A stretch of 64,000 nt of DNA from Podarcis cretensis (Eukaryota). The translations under genes and the position numbers were made by a program. A model generated the notes under the pieces. It ran no database searches and was not told where the DNA came from. It saw only the letters and a list, made by a program, of their open reading frames with translations. The stretch is from positions 28,830,001 through 28,894,000 of the forward strand of contig OX638150.1 of NCBI GenBank assembly GCA_951804945.1, in the 5' to 3' direction. Positions 54,566 through 64,000 of the stretch are shown here, one piece after another (position 1 is the stretch's first letter; each line of letters opens with the position of its first letter).

Positions 54566-54833
54566 GAGAAGGTGCGTTGCAAGAAGAGCAGCTCCCAAAA
54601 CAAGCTGGCTTCCACCGTGGTGCACAAGGTCTCCCATCTCAAGCAGAAGGTCAAGAGCAAAGGCTTGCCCACAAACATTGGCCCGTTCCGACGGAAAGAG
54701 CCCAGCCCCGGTACCAGGATCCAAAAGAAACTCTCCCGGCCCAAGAGCTCCAAAGCAACGCCTTCTGCCAAATACCCACAGCAGGACCTCACTACCTCAG
54801 AGGTCAAGCCAAGCACAGGAAATACTGATGCAG
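54566..54833 (+). CDS. BAHCC1: BAHCC1 exon 15 (EKVRCKKSS...LKQKVKSKGLP...TDA)
   Basis: Acceptor CTGCAG, donor CAG|GTATGG. Confidence 0.92.
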
Positions 54834-55029
54834 GTATGGGTGGCGGTGGAAAAGGGTGGGGTTTGCTGGGAAGCAAAGGTTGGCAACGCTGTAGTCCCTG
54901 TTGGCACTTCTGGTCAGAGATGCGCACCAGTTGCCTGTTTGCTACCAGCATGTTGCTATTAGTAAACGAAGCCCTTAACAGCTTGGGAGCAGTTGATTTG
55001 CAGGATCACCTTGCCTCATATTGCACTTG

Positions 55030-55575
55030 ACCACTTCGATCTGTGGAAGTGGCACTGTTACAGGTGCTGCAAAATCCTCATTCCACACTCAAAATAAATC
55101 AGTCTTCTAGTGTGGCAGCACCTGCACTTTGGAACTCCCTGCCTATTGACAACAGGCAAGCGCCTTTCACTGTACTCTTATTAACGGCGTTTCCGTGCGC
55201 TGCTCTGGTTTGCCAGAAGTGGCTTAGTCATGCTAGCCACATGACCCGGAAGCTGTACGCCGGCTCCCTCGGCCAATAAAGCGAGATGAGTGCCGCAACT
55301 CCAGAGTCGGCCACGACTGGACCTAATGGTCAGGGGTCCCTTCACCTTTACCTTACTTAAACCATTGTTTCTTTAGGCAAACCTCTTTAGACATGTAGCT
55401 GTGTGTTTCATCTCTTTTTAGCAACTATTAGTTTTAATTTTCTTCTGGATTTTTTTTTTAAAATAACCTGTTTTTAACTGAGTTTTATCCACAGCGGTAT
55501 TGTTTTATTTTCTATCTTTGTAAACCACTTGGCGGTTTTCTTGCGATCAAGCAGTAACTAAATGTTCTTAAATAA
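55030..55575 (+). mobile_element. Old L2 3' fragment interrupted by a Sauria SINE
   Basis: SSVAAPALWNSLPIDNRQAP before the SINE; TTAAACC...TTTAGGCAA and a TGTAAACCACTT tail after it. Confidence 0.65.
55183..55355 (+). mobile_element. Sauria SINE, 5'-truncated
   Basis: Matches the 3' half of the 51301 copy; ACCTTTACCTT tail. Confidence 0.9.
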
Positions 55576-56653
55576 GTAAGAGGTGAAGAGGATGTTAGTA
55601 ACTTTGCAGCTGTTGCCTTGCTGTATCTGTCACGGCTAAAACAGGCCCTGGGACAATTGCTGACCTCCGGCCCTGTGGAAAGGGAGTATGTGTGTGTCCT
55701 GTAGGGCAGTGTGCTGGACTCCCAAGACACAGAATCCCTACCGGCCCTCCCACCTTCCCACTAGGGAAAGGCAAAGCGCAATTTGTCGCTCCCAAGCCAT
55801 TCACGGAGCAAGTTCATCCTCCAGAAAAAAACAAACCTGTTATCTTCTGCTCTGGCCAGGAGCTTTTGCCGCTCAGTGCATTTCCTCCTGGCAAGCAGAG
55901 GAAGCTGTGGAATTTAAAAATAGCTGCACGTGCTGGCCTCTGCTGGGGCCAATGTCCGCTCCAGTTTGACTGCAGCCTTATGGGTTTCCCTTGGAGCTTC
56001 TGGGGCATCTTATCAGGAAGCCAAGGCTGAGACAGAAATCCTGCTTCCACTCCCCAAAGCCAAAAGAACAAAGGGACATTGTCAAGAGGGGCAAGAGCCA
56101 GGATGTAAGAACTCAAGATTGGGAGAGGGGGAGGATACGCAGGCCAGATTTGCTGCGGGGTTGACAGAGGGGGGCAGTTGCGAGGCCCAAAACACCCTCC
56201 AAGTTGTGTGCCTGGTTTTTTTGTTTCGTTACGTTTGGAAGAGCTGCTGCCCCACTGTTGTACCCATGATGAGCACCCCAGGGCAGTTTATCAGGGGCTC
56301 CTCCTGCATTAAGTCCTCAAATCCAATGGTTCCCAAATGGTGGATTGCTGCCAAAAATTCATTAAAAAAGAGGCAGTGCAATAAAATGCCCCAAACAAGA
56401 TGTATAAAATGTTTTGCAAGCTGCTGGCTTTGAACTCTAGCTTCTCAGCTTGTGTTAGGTTATATAGGCCTTAAAAACAACGCAGCAATTGTCTTGGGTG
56501 TGCCTTGATGACAGAAGCCTGGACATCAGTGTAGCGAGGCATCATGTAGAATGCCTTGCATCCCCTCCCTGTTATGGTCCATAATGTCCTCTGAGTCCCT
56601 CCCCCATCTTGAGATGGCCTCCTCCCTCCCTCCCTCCCTCCCATTTCTTCTGA

Positions 56654-56893
<240 letters not shown>

Positions 56894-57011
56894 TAAGATG
56901 CAGGATTCATCCCAGCTGGCAGAGAATAAGGCACTGAAGCCTGGTAAGAAAATAATTTAAGATTGCGTCGGGTCCGCCTGTCTTCCCAGTCAGTCCATCC
57001 TGCCAAATTGT

Positions 57012-57192
57012 GGCTGTGTATGCACTATGCCCTTAAAGCACATTCGAAGCACATTTTCCCTCTCAAAGAATTCTGGGCACTGTAGTTTATCCCTCCCAGA
57101 GTTACTGTTCCCAGCAACCCTTAAACGACAGTGCCCAAAATTATTTGAGTGGAGAGAATGTGCTTTAAAGGTATAATAGTATGTACATGGCC
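57012..57192. mobile_element. Old palindromic MITE (superfamily uncertain)
   Basis: TTAAAGCACATT...GGGCACTGTAGTTTA mirrored by TAAACGACAGTGCCC...AATGTGCTTTAA. Confidence 0.6.
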
Positions 57193-57528
57193 CTAATTTT
57201 AATCATGCGCAAGGTTGGATGCAAGATGGCAGTGAAGGATTCATATGGGCCCAACTCTTAAATTACAGGGAATCTGTGGGCGCCCGTCCAGGCGAGGTTC
57301 TGAGATCCAGCTTCTGGTATCACACTGCATACCAAAAGCAAAGCCCCCAAAGAAGGGGGCGAGGCTATCAGACTGTCCCACAAGCTGCTAATAGATATGG
57401 GGCTGCCCAAAATCTGCACATGTGTTATGCTTATTCCTATTATACAAGCCAGGCTGTGTAAGGAGAAAGGAAGACCTCTGGCCAGGGCAAGCTATCAAAA
57501 ACTCTTAAACTCTTTTGTATCCCCACAG

Positions 57529-57836
57529 GGCCCTGCCGGATCCCCAGTCCCGAGGGACAAGTCAAAATCAAGCGGCGCCCGGTGAAGCCCGGCGTAGGGA
57601 GGCTGGAAAAGGTGCCCGTCTGTCGGGCAGCATCTTGCGAGGCTTCCAGCAAGAAGAAGTTGAAGAGCAAGGCCAAGGAGCTGCAGTGTGGGCCTGGGAC
57701 ATCGGCCGCGAACGAGGGGCTCTTCTCTGGCAGCCAAGCCCGACTGTTTGCAACCCGGGATGACGCAGGAAAGCTCAACAGTGAACGCCTCAAGAAAGCC
57801 ACGCGGAAGAGCAAGGTGCTACAGTCGGCCCTCAGG
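57529..57836 (+). CDS. BAHCC1: BAHCC1 exon 17 (GPCRIPSPEGQVKIKRR...SERLKKATRK...ALR)
   Basis: Acceptor CCACAG, donor AGG|GTGAGT. Confidence 0.93.
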
Positions 57837-58060
57837 GTGAGTATGCACGCAAAAAGGCCAGACTGGAGGTGTTCCTCAAGGGAGCGGGGGGGGGGGGGGG
57901 TCCCAGGGGCACTGTCCCTGGAAGGAAGGTGGGACCCAATGGGCTGGAGCGAGCTGGATGCAACAGGGCAGTGTTTCTGCCAAGCAGACGGGCCCCTTCT
58001 AGGTATGAGGCACTGAGGAAAGGGGTGGGTCTTAGAATTGGCAGGATTGACGCGTAGAAT

Positions 58061-58362
58061 TGGAGATCAGAAAGAGGCCAGTTTTAAGGAAGATTGGGAA
58101 ATGTTTGCAGAATACTTAAAAACTCGTGTAAGTAGGATTTGAATAAGGGCAGCAGTGGGGGTGAACTTTCTGTTTTTCCTTTAAGGCAAAGGTATAGAAT
58201 AATGATAATATGCAGCCTAAATTGAAATTTGGGGGGAAACCATGGAGGGAGGTAAAGTTGTCGATGAAGAGATTGTTAAACTAGAAATGTTGTTGAAATG
58301 TTTTTTTTTGTTTGTTTGTTTTGTTAAAAATTTATAAATAAAAACATTTTTTTAAAATAAAA
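58061..58362 (+). mobile_element. L1-type LINE extreme 3' fragment
   Basis: DQKEASFKEDWEMFAEYLK, then an AT-rich UTR and an AATAAA/A-rich end. Confidence 0.6.
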
Positions 58363-58494
58363 GAGAGAAAGGAAGAGGGTCTTTACAGCCATTTGTGTCA
58401 GGGTAGGTACTCTGTAGAGCACTGCTCCTTTGCCCGGAGATTTCTGTGTTGGCCGGCCTTTTCCCTAAAGCCATTTTCTCCTCCCTCTTGGCAG

Positions 58495-58596
58495 AGAAAG
58501 AATGGGGCACTGGCGCTCTCTCCCCGCAATGCCAAGGCCATCCTCAGCAAAGGCAAGAAGCTGGCCAAGGTCAAGAACAAGGTGGTCAGCAAGCAG
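58495..58596 (+). CDS. BAHCC1: BAHCC1 exon 18 (RKNGALALSPRNAKAIL...SKQ)
   Basis: Acceptor GGCAG, donor CAG|GTAGGA; 102 nt, phase 0-0. Confidence 0.93.
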
Positions 58597-58803
58597 GTAG
58601 GAAACGGCCGCCACCTCCTGCGATGCAGGGCATGGGTAGGTCAGCACCACTTGCCCTCTCCTAAGGGTCCTACGGCTGCCGCCATTTTCCTCCAAGGAGG
58701 AGCTGATGGCTCAGATCTGCCTTGCTGCTGTCAGGGTATTTGCTGGGTGGGAACTCCCCTGGCTGCCCTGAGAATTCATCCAGTGGGAAATGGCCCCATC
58801 TAG

Positions 58804-59091
<288 letters not shown>

Positions 59092-59639
59092 TAGCATTCA
59101 GTTGTTGGGGGTGGGAGCAGGGGCCAGTAGAGTCTCTCTCTCTCTGCATGTGTGTGAACCACACAGATCATTGGACAAGAGCAAAGGCAGACGAAAGGAG
59201 GAGAAAGTATTTGAGATGGAGGGTGGTGGTGGTGGTACATAAGCTGCTGCTGAAGCGAAATCTGAGGCGGGGCAGACAGTGGTGTAGAGCAAGACTGCTG
59301 CAGTGGGTCGCTGGGAGGTGCAGAAAGGATTTTGCTGAGCAGCTCTGGGATGATGCCGTGTATTGGAGACCACACCACTGGGTGCATTTCTTGGCTCTGC
59401 TCCAGTCTCCACATGTGGACGAGGCTGGGGAAACATCCCCCAAGAGCTGCGGTCTTGAAGTTTGTTAACGAGTGTGCAAGAGATGCAGTCTTAAGAGCTG
59501 CAGGTCCTAAACGAAGGTGCTTGCTGGCCAGCTGGATATTCCTTTTTAATAATAGTTTTTGTCATATCCTGGAGGCAGATTCCAAACTATATATATAGTT
59601 GAGAAGTATGCTGGTTTAAGGAATGGGGGAGCAGTGTGA

Positions 59640-59795
<156 letters not shown>

Positions 59796-59991
59796 TAAGA
59801 ACCCCCATTTTTCCAGGCACAAACATGGGCAAGAGATGCAAGGAGAGAGGGGTTGGCGTTTCTTGCAAAGATCAAATGGCAGCACACCGATATTTAAGGG
59901 GGCAGGCAGTTCCTTTCCTCTGCTCTCCGGGGCTTCCTTCCTCCTTTGTGCTTGCACAGTTGCAGTCCCTTTAATACCCTTTCCTTTAAAG

Positions 59992-60128
59992 CAGGGTTTT
60001 CCAAACTTGGGTTTACAGCTGTTTTTGGACTACAATTCCCATCATCCCTGAACACTGGTCTTGCTAGCTAGGGATGATGGGAGTTGCAGTCCAAAAACAG
60101 CTGGAGACCCAAGTTTGGGGAAAGCCTG
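59992..60128. mobile_element. Palindromic hAT MITE (family A)
   Basis: Fold-back; perfect TSD CTTTAAAG at 59984-59991 and 60129-60136. Confidence 0.92.
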
Positions 60129-60136
60129 CTTTAAAG

Positions 60137-60275
60137 GGAGGGATGGGAAAACCATGGCCTTATAGATGTTGTGGGACTGCCGCTCCATGAGACCCAACCA
60201 GTTTGGCCAGTGGTCAGAGATGATAGGTGTGGTGGCCCTCCGGATGTTGCTGGACTACAAGTTTCCCCATCTCTG
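60137..60275. mobile_element. Older hAT-type MITE (family B)
   Basis: AGGGATGGGAAAACC ... GTTTCCCCATCTCTG, flanked by CTTTAAAG at 60129-60136 and 60276-60283. Confidence 0.72.
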
Positions 60276-61033
60276 CTTTAAAGTAATACCACCACCCTTG
60301 CCCAAGGCAACATTCTGCAATGTTCACATGACCTCAAAATTCAATATCGTGGCCCTGTCTTCCTCACCCGCAAACAGAGTGGCAGGTGATGTCCATCCTG
60401 ATACCTGGCAATTCAAAGCCAGTGCTTTCCCTCTGCCTACCTGCCCCGCTGCTCTGAACAAAAAGCACACCGTAGCCTCTGTGGTGCAGAGAAAAGATGG
60501 GTGTGAAAGTTCAGAGGCCCCTTCTATTATAAGTTTCTGGTATGGTCTTGGGTAAGCTTTTACCTGTCTGCAGAATAAGAGTAATAGCCACCTGCCCTGC
60601 ATTAAAATAGCTAATTTTAAAATGAGCTCCATAAAAGCACTGGCCTGCCACTCCTGTGTTTCCTTACCTGTAAGTAAGCCTCACAGAGGTGAGACTTCTG
60701 AGTAATTATACTATTGGGTTGCGCTGTTTATCCCTGTAGCATGTTTTTCCGCTATTCCTGAACCAAGCTTTTAGCACCCTTCCTGTCCCCAAATTGAGCA
60801 CCGAGTGCTCTTCGCCTCCTACTCATATGGACCTGTGGACTGAGCAGCGAGCATCATGCGCTCCCAACTGCACTGAGCTGGGCCAAAAGGCAAGCGCTCT
60901 GTTCCCTCCCCTGCAAACCGAGGATTGAATGTCCCATTTCACATCTTGTCAGAATGAGCCAAGCCGAGTTCTTTTCCAGCCTTTCACATCTCCAGCTGTA
61001 TAAATCTCTGCCATTGATTTGTCCCTCCCGTAG

Positions 61034-61109
61034 CTACAGCATCGTCATTGAGGGAGAGCGAGGGAACCGGCAGAGGATCTATTCCCAGGAGCAGCTGCTG
61101 CAGGAGGCG
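61034..61109 (+). CDS. BAHCC1: BAHCC1 exon 21 (YSIVIEGERGNRQRIYSQEQLLQEA)
   Basis: Acceptor CCGTAG, donor GCG|GTGAGT. Confidence 0.94.
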
Positions 61110-62220
61110 GTGAGTCCCTGCAGATCATGGCCTGGGATTAATCAGGCCTGCTTAGGCAATTGGGGGCAGAGAAGCTGGGCTGCAAATGCAACTGGGAGCA
61201 ACAGCAAGTGGTGCATTCATGAATCTGGGATTTACCTGTGAGGCAGGGAGCAGAGAGTGCTGCTCCCCTGTGCCAATGTGCAAAGCACAAGCTGGCACAG
61301 CACGCTGGAGAGAAGCATTTTTGCTGAGGCAAGCAAGGTACACTCAGGAGGTGCATGTCTTCTGGGTACCAGGGCCTGAGATAGTGTGGTCGTAGGGCTA
61401 AGGGCAAGATGCATTCAGGCAAGGGCATGTCTACATGATTCTTTTCATTGCTTTGGGGACTTTAGGGCCAAAAGGCGATCTATAAAGACAACACAACACA
61501 ACACAATGCTAACTGGGAGGGATTAGATGCACTTGCACAGTGCACAGGATTTGTCATGAATCCTAGCTTCAGTGTTGATCTTCCACCAACCGGTATTGGA
61601 AGGCTTGCATAGAGTTTGTAGCCACACCTGGCTTCTTGCTTTCAAATGCTCTGGGGGACAGGATACCTCCCTTTCTTCCCAGCTGCGCATCACAGTGCCC
61701 AACAGGATGTATGAAAAGCTGCTGTTCATTTTGATAGTGCTGTGCTCCCATCCCCCAGTGAGGAGACAGCCTTAGCTGATGCTTGTGTTGTACTAAGACA
61801 TCTTCATCACACTTGGTGCAGACTTTTAGAATCCAAGCAGTTCTGACACTAAGGAAACATCAGCTCAGTGTTAATAAACTGTGCTAATCAAATATGCCCA
61901 GATAATATGCCCAGTTACTGATTCTGCGGTTTGTCTGTCGTTAGCAACTTTGGTTTTTCCAAACCAAATCTTTGGAGTGTTTGGAAAGTAAGGAGCTTAG
62001 GAAAAGGGCAGCATTCAGTGGTGTCTAGGCAGAATGCGTGGAAAGAGAATGTGAGTGGAGACCATGGCAGATGAGCAGATAGCCATGCAAGGCATGGAAT
62101 ATCGGTGCCTGAATATTAGAGCCTCACCACACACCCAGTTCTGCCAATCTTGTTCCATCTTCTCCTTGACAGTCACTCTATGATATACAACGTGAAGCAT
62201 TGCCCTTGGCTAGGCAGTAG

Positions 62221-62487
<267 letters not shown>

Positions 62488-62525
62488 TGAGATGTGTGCG
62501 TGTGTTTGTCTGTCCCCAAAGTTAA

Positions 62526-62990
<465 letters not shown>

Positions 62991-63127
62991 TGAATATTGC
63001 CACAGGGGAAAGTATGAAAGGCAAATTCAGATGGGCCACCAACCTATGAATTCAGGAGGCACCCTTAGTGAGTCTTCACCTGCATCTGAGCTTGAGATTT
63101 CTAACTCCCCCCCCCTCTCTGCTACAG

Positions 63128-63301
63128 GCACAGAGCCTTCTCCTGCACTCTTGGTCTCCACCTTCTGCCGTCGCAACAAGAGGTCTTCCAGTGACGTTCC
63201 CCATTCCAGTGAATCGGCACCAAGCCTGTGCGCTGAGGGGCGTGAGAGCTCAGAGTCAGCCAAAAGCACCGGCAAGAAGGCAACGAGCAAAGAAAAAGCT
63301 G
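63128..63301 (+). CDS. BAHCC1: BAHCC1 exon 24 (CTEPSPALLVS...SKEKA)
   Basis: Acceptor CTACAG, donor CTG|GTAAGC; last exon visible in the window. Confidence 0.93.
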
Positions 63302-64000
63302 GTAAGCCATTTCTCCATCACTTGCCTTTCATTAGAAAGGCGCTCAAAGGTCCTGTGTCTGTCTTGCTTTTTATGCTCACACAAAACCCTGTGAGAGGGA
63401 TTAGGTGGAGAGGGTGACTTGCCCCAAGAGTACCCAGTAAAACTTTGCAGCAAAACAGAAACTTCCTTTTTAATATGTACACCGCTTTTCTACATTGTTA
63501 CATGCAAGGCAGTTCACAAGCCATAGAAATGATAAAATATGCAACAAAGATCACACGTCCTATAAACAATCTGATCCAATGCAAATCATAACGAAAAATA
63601 TGACTGTAAAAATAAGCGGCTTAATGCAATAGTCAATAATCTGTTTCAAATACAATATTGAACAATAAAAGGAACCCTTAACATATCAGCAAATAATAAT
63701 CAAACAGAAAGTCACACCTCAAAAACCACAACAAATCATTACTGGACTGTAATCAGTAAAAATAACAGCAAAGTCACAATGCATAAAACACCACAGATCA
63801 TGTAAAAAAAAAAAAAAGATATACTGAGCAGCTTATAAGTCACATAGCTTATAAAATTACAAAATATAGCTGGTTCCTTGCTCCAGGTCCATTATGTAAT
63901 CCAGAAATACTTGGATCCCTACCTGCAAAAAATGCAGCCCATCTGAGTTATGGAAAGAGCAGTGTGTAAACATCAAAATGAAGCAGCACCATAAAAGGTG

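Overview
Eukaryotic (vertebrate) genomic DNA, almost certainly from a squamate reptile and probably a lacertid lizard, judging by Sauria SINEs, Squam3-like SINEs and squamate L1/L2/CR1 fragments. The whole window lies inside one plus-strand gene, BAHCC1 (chromatin reader, TNRC18 paralogue). I reconstructed 23 consecutive coding exons (23635-63301; 5862 nt = 1954 codons, all splice phases compatible) by comparison with the human protein as I recall it. Exon numbers assume one first coding exon upstream of the window, so positions 1-23634 are read as part of intron 1; the BAH-domain exons lie downstream. Splicing oddities: a GC-AG intron, two NAGNAG acceptors and an AAG acceptor. The introns hold a dense, partly nested set of SINEs, LINE fragments, Tc1/mariner and hAT MITEs, microsatellites, several TE-free blocks that look like conserved enhancers, and CpG-rich patches that may be internal promoters. 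I found no CRISPR array, rRNA, intact tRNA or convincing second protein-coding gene, and no clearly new biological system. The most unusual signals are hAT-MITE target-site re-use, a composite element with a 6-bp TSD, palindromic MITEs bracketing a frame-symmetric exon, and some unexplained hairpins.
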